Part shown: positions 9,569 to 18,799 of the stretch, piece by piece
Layout of the letters: each line of letters begins with the position of its first letter
Numbering within the stretch: position 1 is the first letter of the stretch
Source: Chloroflexota bacterium
GTDB taxonomy: Bacteria > Chloroflexota > UBA11872
Reading direction: 5' to 3'
Assembly: GCA_965220135.1 (NCBI GenBank)
Contig: OZ244802.1
Coordinates: 2,532,239 to 2,596,238 of the forward strand
Length of the DNA stretch: 64,000 nucleotides
Made by a program: the position numbers and the translations under genes
The notes under the pieces: model-generated
Database searches by the model: none
What the model saw: the letters and a program-made list of their open reading frames with translations, nothing else
Told to the model about the DNA's origin: nothing

Positions 9569-10396
9569 TCACTCCGGCAGCAGAATCCCGAGGAGGGCGT
9601 CCAGGTCCTCCGGATCGCGATATTCGATCTGGATGCGCCCGCGCTTTCGGCTGCCCACGAAGCGGACGCGCGTGCCCAGCCGCCACTGCAGGCGCTCGGC
9701 GACGTGCTCCAACTCCACGTCGGGCGGCCGCGGCGCCTTCAGCTGGCGGCGGGCCTCCCGCTCCGCCTGGCGCAGGTTGAGACGGCCGGTCAGCATTCGC
9801 AGAAACAGCCGGCGCCGGGTCTCGTGATCGCTAATTCCGACCAGCGTGCGCCCATGGCTTTCCGAGATCCGCCCCTCGGCCAGGGCCTGACGCATGTCGC
9901 TGTCCAGCTTCTGCAGGCGCAGCGTGTTGGTCACTGACGAGCGGCTCGTACCCACCACCGCCGCCACCTGGGCCTGGGTCATGCCGTAGTCATCGATCAG
10001 CGCCTGATAGGCGTGCGCCTTCTCCAGCGGGCCCAGGTCCCTGCGCTGGAGATTCTCGACCAGCGCCAACTCCACCCGTCGCCGCGCATCGGCCGCGATG
10101 ACGGTCACCGGAACCACTGTCAGGCCCGCTTTACGCGCTGCCCGCCAGCGGCGTTCGCCGGCTACCAGCAGAAACCGTCCGGGCCGATCCGGTGTGGGGG
10201 TTACCAGCAATGGCTGCAGTACACCGTGCCGGCCGATTGAGTCGGCCAGGCTTTCCTCATCCTCGGAGACGAACCTGCGACGCGGCTGCTGCGGGTTGGG
10301 TTCAATGCGATCCAGGGGGAGGGTGCGCCAATCGCCGGTCACCGACTCCCCAAGCTCGTCCGGCTGCTTGCACGAGCCTTTCCGCAATTGCCTCAC
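9569..10396 (-). CDS. parB: ParB/Spo0J family chromosome partitioning protein
   Basis: ParB box motifs: LQPLLVTP...LVAGERRWRAARKAGL and the HTH segment GMTQAQVAAVVGTSRSSVTNTLRL. GTG start. Located directly after dnaA and the oriC-like spacer. Confidence 0.85.
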   Translation of the reverse strand: MRQLRKGSCKQPDELGESVTGDWRTLPLDRIEPNPQQPRRRFVSEDEESLADSIGRHGVLQPLLVTPTPDRPGRFLLVAGERRWRAARKAGLTVVPVTVIAADARRRVELALVENLQRRDLGPLEKAHAYQALIDDYGMTQAQVAAVVGTSRSSVTNTLRLQKLDSDMRQALAEGRISESHGRTLVGISDHETRRRLFLRMLTGRLNLRQAEREARRQLKAPRPPDVELEHVAERLQWRLGTRVRFVGSRKRGRIQIEYRDPEDLDALLGILLPE

Positions 10397-10767
10397 CGTG
10401 ACTGATCGGTGTCCGGATGTATACGGACAGCTTACATGGTTACCGCGGTCTCGTCCATCGTGTGTGCAAGAAGCATCGAATGCGTCTTGGGAATCTGGTT
10501 AATGATTAAGACTGGTAGAAGTCCCAGTCGGACCGTGAGTCGTGGGGAAAACACGCTGCGGTTGACGGTGGCACTCGGAGTGGCGTGATTCGTAAGGCCC
10601 GGGCTGCGAGCCTGAACGGTCTGTGGATGGCAGACGTACGAGTGCGATCGGTGTCACCAACCGCGGGCCGGTAGGGCCGGATCGGCCGCAGCGGACTGTA
10701 CCTATCCACAACGGCTGTGGGTTATCCACACAATCGGACCGGTTATCCACAAACCGGTCGTCGGAGG
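10397..10767. other. oriC: putative chromosomal replication origin (oriC): DnaA-box cluster plus AT-rich patch between dnaA and parB
   Basis: DnaA boxes in direct orientation: cTATCCACA at 10702-10710, TTATCCACA at 10722-10730, TTATCCACA at 10743-10751. An inverted half-site TGTGGgTTATCCACA lies at 10715-10730 and a degenerate TGTGGATGG near 10621. An AT-rich stretch tggttaatgattaagactggtagaag near 10490-10520 sits in otherwise ~70% GC DNA. Confidence 0.7.
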
Positions 10768-12138
10768 CTAGTCGGCCAGGTGGACCCGGATGGCTTCGAT
10801 ATCCGCCTTCAGCTGATCCTCAAGCTTTAGCCGGCGCTCGATTTTGTTGCAGCCGTGCAACACCGTGGTGTGGTCGCGTCCTCCCAGCACCCGCCCGATT
10901 TCGGGAAAGGTTTCCCGACCGTCGTTGCGCATCAGGTACATGGCGACCTGGCGCACGCCTGCCGTTCGCGCGTCGCGACGCTTCCCGAGCAGATCGTCTT
11001 GCGCCACGTCGTAATGCCGGGACGTGGCGGCCAGGATGGCGGCAGTGGCGGGCGGGCGACTGGCGGCTGCGCGGCCGAGGCCGGACAGCGCCTGTTCAGC
11101 GGCGGCGGGCTGCAACTCCAGGCCGTGCAGCTCGGCGTAGATCAGAGTGCGGGTCAACGCGCCTTCCAGTTCCCGAACGTTGCGTGTAATGCGGTCAGCC
11201 AGGAAATCCACGACATCCTCGGAGACACTGGCGCCGGACGCGGCGGCGTGCTGGTGCAGGATCATGCGCCGCAGGTCCAGGTCGGGCGCCTGGATGTCGG
11301 CCACCAGCCCAACCTCAAAGCGGCTGCGCAGGCGGGCTTCAAGGCGGGCGATTTCACGCGGCGGGCGATCACTGGTCAGCACGATCTGACCGCCGGCCTC
11401 GTAAATCGCGTTGAAGGTATGGAACATTTCCTCCTGCGAGGCTTCGGTTCGAGAGAGGAACTCGACGTCGTCCACCATCAACAGATCGACGGTGCGATAG
11501 CGCTCGCGGAAGCGGCGACGCCGGTCACCGCGGCTCTCGGTGCGGATCGCATGTAACAGATCGTTGACGAAGGTCTCGCAGGGCACGTACCGCATGCGAG
11601 TCTCGGGGCGCCGCGCCAGGACGGCACGGCCGATGGCATGCAGCAGGTGCGTCTTGCCCAGGCCCACCCCGCTATAGAGAAAGAGCGGGTTATACACGTC
11701 GCCCGGTCGTTCGCTGACTCGAAGCGCGGCGGCGTGGGCCAGGCGGTTCGAGGAGCCGACTACGAAGCGCTCAAAGGTGTATCGGGGATTGAGGCGTACG
11801 CCGGGAGCGGCGCTGGCGGCCGTCGTTGCCGCCGGGGTCGGGACTGGCGCCGGGGCCGGATCCGCGAGCCAGGCCGGCGGGCCGGCGGGCTGCTCGGCCT
11901 GCACGACAAAGGTAACGTGTACATCACCGCCGTGCGCCTTTGAGACCGCGCGTGCGACCATCTCACGGTAGCGCCGGGTTACGATTTCCTTGGCGAATAC
12001 GGTCGGGACCGCTACGACAATCTCGCGCCCGCCAGCGCGGACGAACTTCGCATCTCGAAACCATGCCGCAAAATCCGCTTTCGGAACCTCGACTTGCAGC
12101 GCGCCGAGAGCCGCCTCCCACGTGCGTTGGCTCAGCAT
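10768..12138 (-). CDS. dnaA: chromosomal replication initiator protein DnaA
   Basis: AAA+ Walker A GVGLGKTHLLHAIG. Box VII and sensor motifs are present. C-terminal DNA-binding domain ...HTTVLHGCNKIE... The likely start is the internal ATG (MLSQRTWEAAL...); the ORF track extends to 12240. Confidence 0.95.
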   Translation of the reverse strand: MLSQRTWEAALGALQVEVPKADFAAWFRDAKFVRAGGREIVVAVPTVFAKEIVTRRYREMVARAVSKAHGGDVHVTFVVQAEQPAGPPAWLADPAPAPVPTPAATTAASAAPGVRLNPRYTFERFVVGSSNRLAHAAALRVSERPGDVYNPLFLYSGVGLGKTHLLHAIGRAVLARRPETRMRYVPCETFVNDLLHAIRTESRGDRRRRFRERYRTVDLLMVDDVEFLSRTEASQEEMFHTFNAIYEAGGQIVLTSDRPPREIARLEARLRSRFEVGLVADIQAPDLDLRRMILHQHAAASGASVSEDVVDFLADRITRNVRELEGALTRTLIYAELHGLELQPAAAEQALSGLGRAAASRPPATAAILAATSRHYDVAQDDLLGKRRDARTAGVRQVAMYLMRNDGRETFPEIGRVLGGRDHTTVLHGCNKIERRLKLEDQLKADIEAIRVHLAD

Positions 12139-12595
12139 CCCATCCCCGGTAGCCGCACCGCGCCTTTGGTGCGGGAGAAGAAGACTAGCAAAAGGCCGCA
12201 TCCGGAGTGATCGGTAGCAAACCTGTAAGCCCGCGACCAATCGGGATGCTTGAGTTGACTTTAGTGAAGTTCATCGCCTGAAGCGAGGCTCGCGGGCGCG
12301 TCACCCCGGATTGTCCAGCCGGGCTACTTCAAGACCTGACACCACGGCGAGGAGCGGCAGCGTTACGCGCGACAAGGGAACGGAGGCTGCAATGAGTTTA
12401 AGTTAACCAGCTGTAGAGCCAGGGTGCTCGTCATCGGCATGGACGCGGTGGTCCTGAACCTGAGACAGCAACACTATTGACAATTTGGAGTTACCAGAGT
12501 GCATGGGCCAGCGCCCGAATCGCCGTGGTCGCGGGCGTACAATCGGGAGACAGGCGTTACACGCGCGCGCGGTTCGCGCAGAGGAATGGAAGGCA

Positions 12596-12751
12596 ATGCG
12601 GTTTATCAGCGGTGCACTGGCGGTGGTCGGCCTGCTCGTGGTGCTGATCATCATGCTGGCAGTGGGCGTGTTTGCCTACGACGAAGCCAGGCGCCGATTG
12701 GTCGGCGACGAATTCGCGCCGGATCGGCCTGAGGAAGACTCCCGGAACTAA
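12596..12751 (+). CDS. hypothetical small membrane protein
   Basis: 51 aa, MRFISGALAVVGLLVVLIIMLAVGVF..., single TM. A GAGGAAtGGAAGG purine-rich stretch precedes the ATG. Confidence 0.35.
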   Translation: MRFISGALAVVGLLVVLIIMLAVGVFAYDEARRRLVGDEFAPDRPEEDSRN

Positions 12752-12862
12752 GTCCCGGCGCGCAAGGGCCGGGGATGCGCCAATGACCGGGCGCGCCGCA
12801 CTATTACCGGCCAGGCTTGCCGGTAGCAGCGACCGCGGCGCCGGGCGGCAGGCACACGGTCC

Positions 12863-15034
12863 TTGGCTGCCTCGGCTGGTGGCGATGCTGGTCTGCTCCT
12901 GGGTGTGAGCGCGAGTCCGGCCCGCGCGCTGGACTGCGGATCAGCCGCCGGCATCCCGCTGGACGACGGCTGTCTTTTTACGATCACGGGCTCCGACACG
13001 CCGGAGCCGGCAGACGGATTCGCCGTGACCAACGCCGACGGCGTGCCCCTCTGGGACTTCGTCCGGGGCAAGGATCCGCAGGCGATCGGCTATCCCATCA
13101 GCCAGCGCTGGACGGACGGGCCGTTCACCCTGCAGGCGTTCCAGAAAGTGATTCTGCAGTGGGACCCGCAGCGCGGGCGGATGAACTACTACAACACGCT
13201 GGACGCGCTGGCGACCCGCTATGCGTATGTCGCGCTGCCCAACGTACCGGGCCACGACGTGCTGGCCGAGGACACCGGAGCTGCATTTGCCCAAGTGATC
13301 CGGAATCACCTGGCAATCCTGGAGCAGAACGACCGGATCAAGGCGCGGTTCCTGGCGGAGCCGGACTGGCTGAACCTGTACGGGCTGCCAATCCGGTACG
13401 AGGAGCGGGCGGTCAACGGCAATCCGCTGGGCCTGCAGGCGCTACGCACGCAGCGGACGGTGTTCGAAGTGTGGAACGTGCCGGCGCCGGGAACGACACC
13501 TGGCCGCGTGCAACTGCAGAACGTGCCGGACAAGGTCAAACGGCTAAGCAACGTGATCATCCCGGACGCTGCCAAGACGCCGGCAGCGCTGCCCGAGCCG
13601 GCGCTCCCGCCCAAGATCAGGTCCCTGCCCTGGGCCGCTGACGGCGTGACGGATTCCGAGCAGCGACTCGCCACTAACCTTCAGCGGATCGCAGGGGCGT
13701 CGCAGGCGATCTATGGGCGCCTGCTGAGCGGGCCGGCCGCGAGCTGGTTGGAAGGCCAGCCATCCGAGCGAACGCTCGGGGCAACCGAACTGCTCGTGAC
13801 CATTGCCGAGCACCCCTGGTCGGCAGCCGTGCGGCAGCAACTCTTGGACCACACCCTGCTCCGACTGGTCCTGAACGAAGGCGAAGATGACTGGCCACGG
13901 TCGTTCCGACGGATCCTCGAGAAGCCCTGGACGAGGGACGGCGTGTCGTGGGATGAACTCAAACTGATCGACGAGTTCGCCTATATGCATCGAAGATTGC
14001 CGACCAACCCGTGGTCCGGTTCGTATTTCGGAAAAAGCCAGGAGATGGACGTACTGTTGGGGCAAATGCTCGACATGCCGTTTCTGCAGACGATTGAAGG
14101 CTACGAGGTGTCGATCATAGGCAGACTGAGCGGAACCGGACAGGGCATGGATTACCTGCAGAAGGCTGTAACCGGCTGGATACACAGGGGTGGCATTACG
14201 GACGATCAAGTATTGGCATACCTGTATCCGCTGTTTCCGCGAAATACGATTGATCCAGACGACTTCAGAGAGCATCCCGAGCGGCTCGGTGAGCTTCTCG
14301 ATTTAAACCGGCTGGGTATCACCATCGAAAGACGCACCGTCAGCCTGCCGCATACCGGGAACCTGCTCTTGATCATACTTCGAATGGGCGCGACGTTACC
14401 GTCCACAATGGATGTCCTGGAGCAGGAGACGCGCAGGATCGAGGCGCTCATTGGAGAACCGCTGAAAAAGAGATATACCATTCTGCTTCTCTGGGAGCAG
14501 CCACCAGACACGGTGCTGTTACCGTCAGCGTATAATGCCGGATATTTTATGCAGTTTGACGCTGAGCATTTCTCGCGCGCGAGTGTATCGACTGTCACGA
14601 AATCCAACCTTGCTTACTTGTTGTCGGACTACTATTGGACAGGAGCAGACCCTTGGATAAGCAGGGGAGCCGCCATGTTCCTGGTGATGCGAGGGGGACA
14701 TGCCAGTCGCGAACAACTGTACGACGTACACTCGAGGTGTGAGACTGAACGGATCGTAGATCTCCTGGATGATATGCGTGACTTTGGTGTGTGTTATCAG
14801 TCGCTCGGGGCCTCTCTGTTCTTGGAGATATACGACGCACTGGGCGACAGGGCGTTTAAGGATGGATTTGCGCGCTTGGAGAGAGCGGTGGACGCGGACG
14901 GCTTATATTGTCTTTGCGGACTTGAACGTAAGGAGTCAGTGGTTCACGCAAGGGAGTCGTTCACGACCGCGGCCACGGAGGAAGTCAGGGGCGTGGTGGA
15001 GGGAATCATCACGCGGAGGTATTACGGGCAGTAG
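12863..15034 (+). CDS. large hypothetical protein with N-terminal LGFP-like repeats
   Basis: 723 aa. LGFP-like units: IGYPISQRWTDGPFTLQAFQKVILQWD and YGLPIRYEERAVNGNPLGLQALRTQRTVFEVW. The remainder has no recognisable motif. TTG start; the N-terminus and signal peptide are uncertain. Confidence 0.6.
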   Translation: MAASAGGDAGLLLGVSASPARALDCGSAAGIPLDDGCLFTITGSDTPEPADGFAVTNADGVPLWDFVRGKDPQAIGYPISQRWTDGPFTLQAFQKVILQWDPQRGRMNYYNTLDALATRYAYVALPNVPGHDVLAEDTGAAFAQVIRNHLAILEQNDRIKARFLAEPDWLNLYGLPIRYEERAVNGNPLGLQALRTQRTVFEVWNVPAPGTTPGRVQLQNVPDKVKRLSNVIIPDAAKTPAALPEPALPPKIRSLPWAADGVTDSEQRLATNLQRIAGASQAIYGRLLSGPAASWLEGQPSERTLGATELLVTIAEHPWSAAVRQQLLDHTLLRLVLNEGEDDWPRSFRRILEKPWTRDGVSWDELKLIDEFAYMHRRLPTNPWSGSYFGKSQEMDVLLGQMLDMPFLQTIEGYEVSIIGRLSGTGQGMDYLQKAVTGWIHRGGITDDQVLAYLYPLFPRNTIDPDDFREHPERLGELLDLNRLGITIERRTVSLPHTGNLLLIILRMGATLPSTMDVLEQETRRIEALIGEPLKKRYTILLLWEQPPDTVLLPSAYNAGYFMQFDAEHFSRASVSTVTKSNLAYLLSDYYWTGADPWISRGAAMFLVMRGGHASREQLYDVHSRCETERIVDLLDDMRDFGVCYQSLGASLFLEIYDALGDRAFKDGFARLERAVDADGLYCLCGLERKESVVHARESFTTAATEEVRGVVEGIITRRYYGQ

Positions 15035-15078
15035 CCTGGCCGCCGACAGAGATCAGCAGTGGTGGGCGGGGTCCCGGG

Positions 15079-15663
15079 CTAGTGCGTCAGCCAGCCCAGC
15101 AGCTGGAGGCCGGCCACGCCGGCCCAGGCGAAGGCGAGGTTCTTGATGACCAGCCCGGGCCACGACGCGAGAACGAAGCGCAGCAGCCCAATGCGGGTGG
15201 CACCGGCGATCATGCCCGCCACGTCAAAGAAGGGGTTGGGAATCGCGGCCATGACGAACAGGGTCAGGACGCCGTAGCGGGCCATCCAGCCGCTGAGGCG
15301 GGCGTAGCCTTTCACGTGGCTCAGGGCGCCCTTGCCGGACCAGCCCACGTAATAGCCGCCAAGTTCGCCGACCATCTGGCCGGTGGCGCCGACCAGGCCG
15401 ACCGCCCAGATGTTGTCGAGGGCCGCGGCAAAGGCGCCCACGCTAACGGCGGCCGGCGCGGGCAGGATCAAGGTGGCGGCGCCCACGGCGGTGAGCACGA
15501 AGACGGCCGCATACCCGGCGCCCGCCAGCCGGTCTCGCAATACCTCGCCATACACCACCGCGAGGATCGCGATGGCGAAGACGCCAAGCAGGGCCACGAT
15601 CTGCGCCGCAAGCCGCCACCGCGAGCGGCGAGTCGACGGCGCGGCCTCTTGACTCGCGGCCAT
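15079..15663 (-). CDS. DedA/SNARE-associated (VTT domain) family membrane protein
   Basis: 194 aa, polytopic, with the DedA-like core ...GYYVGWSGKG...FFDVAGMIAGATRIGLLRF. Confidence 0.7.
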   Translation of the reverse strand: MAASQEAAPSTRRSRWRLAAQIVALLGVFAIAILAVVYGEVLRDRLAGAGYAAVFVLTAVGAATLILPAPAAVSVGAFAAALDNIWAVGLVGATGQMVGELGGYYVGWSGKGALSHVKGYARLSGWMARYGVLTLFVMAAIPNPFFDVAGMIAGATRIGLLRFVLASWPGLVIKNLAFAWAGVAGLQLLGWLTH

Positions 15664-15780
15664 TACGCAGCCAGCCGGATCTGAGTTGTCATGGGGGAAG
15701 CAGCGAGCGCAGGTCCGCGCAGCGCGTAGCCTTGCGTGGATACGACGTCAAGGACGGCGAGCCCGTGACGGATCAAGGGT

Positions 15781-18645
15781 ATGCCCAAGCGTAGACGGCT
15801 GATCGCAAAGCCGCGCCAGCGTAGCAACCGCCTCTGGCTGTGGCTGGGGCTGGCGGCCGGCGCGCTGGTCGGCCTTGGCGCGGCGCTGGTTGCCGTTGTG
15901 GTCACCACCGGCGTCGGCATAGCCATAGCCGTCAGCGTGGCCTCCACGTTCCTGACGGAATTACCCCCGGTTGACGAGATCGCCACCGTCGGCGGCCAGC
16001 TCTTTCAGACCACCACCATTCATGATCGTCGCGGCCGGCCGCTCGGCGAACTGTTGGGCGAGGGCCGCCGCCGCGTCGTGCCCCCGGAGGACATCCCCCA
16101 GGTCGTCAAGACCGCGGTGGTCGCCGCCGAAGACGCCACCTTCTACGAGAATCCCGGGGTGGAGGTCCGGGCAATCGCGCGCGCGCTCTGGAACAACTGG
16201 CGTGGCGGCGAGGTGGTGTCCGGCGCCAGCACCATCACGCAGCAGCTGGTCAAGAACGTGCTGCTGACGCCCGAGGAGACGTACGAGCGCAAGATTCGCG
16301 AAGCGGTGCTGGCCTGGCAGATCAGCCAGCGGTTTTCCAAGGACGAGATCCTGGGGCTGTATCTCAACCAGAATCACTACGGCGGCCTCACCTACGGGAT
16401 CGCCGCCGCGGCCGAAACCTACTTCGACAAGGACCTGGCCGACGTGACGCTGGCCGAGGCGGCCATGCTGGTGGGCCTGCTGCCCGCGCCGTCGCTGCAC
16501 AACCCGCACGTCGATCCGCAGGCAGCCAGGCGCGAGCAACTGCGCGTGCTGGCGGCCATAGGGCGGCACGGCCTGGCGCCGGCCGGCGCGGTGGCGGCGG
16601 CTCGCGACGAAGACGTGCAGATTGCGCCGCCGCGCGAGACGACCTCGCCGGCCCCGCACTTCCTGGATTACGTGGTACGCGACCTGCAGGAGCGCTACGG
16701 CCCCGAGATCAGTCGCCAGGGCTGGGAGATCACGACCACGCTCGACCTGGACCTGCAGGCCGCGGCCGACACGGCGGTCCGGGAGCACGTGGCGACCCTG
16801 GCCGACCGCGAAGTCACCAACGGGGCCCTGGTGGCCATCCGCCCGGCCACGGGGGAAATCCTGGCCATGGTCGGCAGCCTGAACTTCAACGACGAAGCCA
16901 TTGACGGGCAGGTGAACGTCACGACGTCGCTCCGACAGCCGGGCTCGGCGTTCAAGCTGTTCACCTACGCCAGCGCCCTGGAACACGGCTACAACCCCGC
17001 CACCATGCTGCTGGACATCCCTACCACGGTGCCGATCGCCGGACAGGAGCCGTACCGGCCGCGCAACTACGACCGCAAGTTTCGCGGCCCCGTGAGCCTG
17101 CGTACGGCGCTTGGCAGTTCGCTGAACATCCCGGCCGTGCGCACGCAGCTGTTCGCGGGGCTCGACGCCACGCTGGACGTGGCGGATCGGCTTGGCATCA
17201 CCTCGCTGACCGATCGCTCGCGCATCGGCCCGGCGCTGGCCCTGGGGTCCAACGAGGTGCAGCTGCTCGAGCTGACCGGGGCCTACGCCACCGTGGCCAA
17301 TGAGGGTCGGCGGGTGACGCCGTCGGCCGTACTCTGCATTCGCGACGCGCGGGGGCTGGTCGTGGAGCAGCTTGGCGACGGGTGCTCGCTTGCCGACGAC
17401 ACGTCGCCGCTGGCGCTGGGACGGGTCGCGTCCACGGAGCGCGTGCTGAACCCGGAGATCGCCTACCTGATGACGTCGATCCTGGCGGATCGGGCCGCCC
17501 GCGAACCCGGCTTCGGGCAGGTTCGCGAACTGTTGGATCTCACCGACCGCGCGGCCGCCGTCAAGACGGGGACCACCGAAAACACGCGCGACGCCCTGAC
17601 CGTCGGCTTCACCCCGCAACTGGCGACCGGGGTGTGGGTCGGGAATGCCGACGGCACGCCCATGGACGACGTGACCGGCGCCCGCGGCGCCGGGCCGATC
17701 TGGCAGCGCTTCATGGACCATGCGCACGCGGGCCTGGACATCGTCGACTGGACGCGGCCGCCAACGGTGATCGAGCAGGAGGTCGACATCGTGTCGGGCC
17801 TGCTGCCGTCGCCATTCACGCCGGAGACGCGCATGGAGGAGTTTGCGTCCGGCACCGTGCCAACCCAGCGCGACGTGGTGCACCAGCCCTTCCGCGTTCA
17901 CGTGCCCACCGGGCTGCTGGCGACGCCGGACTCGCCGCTCGATGAGGTGGAGGAACAGGTGTTCATCGTCCTTCCGACCGAGGCGGAGGCCTGGCAGCGC
18001 GGGGTGGACGACGACTCGCCGTATCGACTGCCGCCCGACGCTTTCGCGGGCGGGAGCGTGTCGGCCGTGGCAACGGCCGCGGGCCTCGATGCGCAGATCA
18101 CGGCGCCGGCCGAAGGCCAGGCGGTTCGCACCATCATGGAGATCTTTGGCACGGCCACGCTGGGGGGATTCGTAGCATCCGAACTCCACTACGGCGTAGG
18201 TCCGGCGCCCGGCGCCTGGACCCGGATTGGCTCGCCGTTGGACGTGCCGCGGGTGGATGAACAGCTCGGGGCGGTCGACACCATTCAACTGCCGGACGGC
18301 GCCTACACCTTGCGGCTGACTGTTCGGGCGGCCGATGGGAGCGCGGAGATTGCATTTCGGCGATTCCTCGTGGATAACACGCCGCCGGTGGTTGAGGTCG
18401 TGGGCGTGGGCGCCGATGCCAACGTGGCCGCCGGCAGCGTGCCCCTGGGCGCCAATGTCGAGGATGCCGGCGGCGTGGCCAGCGTGGAGTTCCGGGTCGA
18501 CGGGGCGTTTGTCGGGACGGCCCGCTTCGCGCCCTACCAGGTCACCTGGCCGAGCGAACCGGGCGAGCACGAGGTGGTGGCGATCGCCACCGACCGGGCC
18601 GGAAACACCGCGTCGTCAGCGCCGGTGACGTTTCGGGCTGGTTGA
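15781..18645 (+). CDS. class A penicillin-binding protein (PBP1A-type transglycosylase/transpeptidase) with ~250-aa C-terminal extension
   Basis: GT51 motifs EDATFYEN and SGASTITQQLVKN. Transpeptidase motifs SAFK (GSAFKLFTYASAL), SLN and KTGTT. N-terminal TM anchor. The C-terminal region (~res 700-954) is outside the catalytic core and looks Ig-like or beta-sandwich. Confidence 0.9.
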   Translation: MPKRRRLIAKPRQRSNRLWLWLGLAAGALVGLGAALVAVVVTTGVGIAIAVSVASTFLTELPPVDEIATVGGQLFQTTTIHDRRGRPLGELLGEGRRRVVPPEDIPQVVKTAVVAAEDATFYENPGVEVRAIARALWNNWRGGEVVSGASTITQQLVKNVLLTPEETYERKIREAVLAWQISQRFSKDEILGLYLNQNHYGGLTYGIAAAAETYFDKDLADVTLAEAAMLVGLLPAPSLHNPHVDPQAARREQLRVLAAIGRHGLAPAGAVAAARDEDVQIAPPRETTSPAPHFLDYVVRDLQERYGPEISRQGWEITTTLDLDLQAAADTAVREHVATLADREVTNGALVAIRPATGEILAMVGSLNFNDEAIDGQVNVTTSLRQPGSAFKLFTYASALEHGYNPATMLLDIPTTVPIAGQEPYRPRNYDRKFRGPVSLRTALGSSLNIPAVRTQLFAGLDATLDVADRLGITSLTDRSRIGPALALGSNEVQLLELTGAYATVANEGRRVTPSAVLCIRDARGLVVEQLGDGCSLADDTSPLALGRVASTERVLNPEIAYLMTSILADRAAREPGFGQVRELLDLTDRAAAVKTGTTENTRDALTVGFTPQLATGVWVGNADGTPMDDVTGARGAGPIWQRFMDHAHAGLDIVDWTRPPTVIEQEVDIVSGLLPSPFTPETRMEEFASGTVPTQRDVVHQPFRVHVPTGLLATPDSPLDEVEEQVFIVLPTEAEAWQRGVDDDSPYRLPPDAFAGGSVSAVATAAGLDAQITAPAEGQAVRTIMEIFGTATLGGFVASELHYGVGPAPGAWTRIGSPLDVPRVDEQLGAVDTIQLPDGAYTLRLTVRAADGSAEIAFRRFLVDNTPPVVEVVGVGADANVAAGSVPLGANVEDAGGVASVEFRVDGAFVGTARFAPYQVTWPSEPGEHEVVAIATDRAGNTASSAPVTFRAG

Positions 18646-18799
18646 GGTCAGGCCGGGGCTGACTGCGTGCCCCGGCGATCGCGCCGGGGTCCGCGACGAC
18701 GAGGGCCGGGGCCGCCCGGCGCCGCCACCGTGGAGCGAGCTTTTCAGCTCTCACAGGCTTCCGCCGGGCCCACCGCACGACGGCGCCGCCCGCGCGGAC

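Noticed and set aside
12241-12595. Expected rpmH/rnpA or DnaA-box cluster upstream of dnaA
   Set aside because: I see no TTATCCACA-type boxes and no small ribosomal-protein ORF here. The DnaA boxes are on the other side of dnaA.
15961-18570. 869-aa minus-strand ORF
   Set aside because: It is entirely antisense to the PBP1A gene, which has unmistakable GT51 and transpeptidase motifs. It is a shadow ORF.
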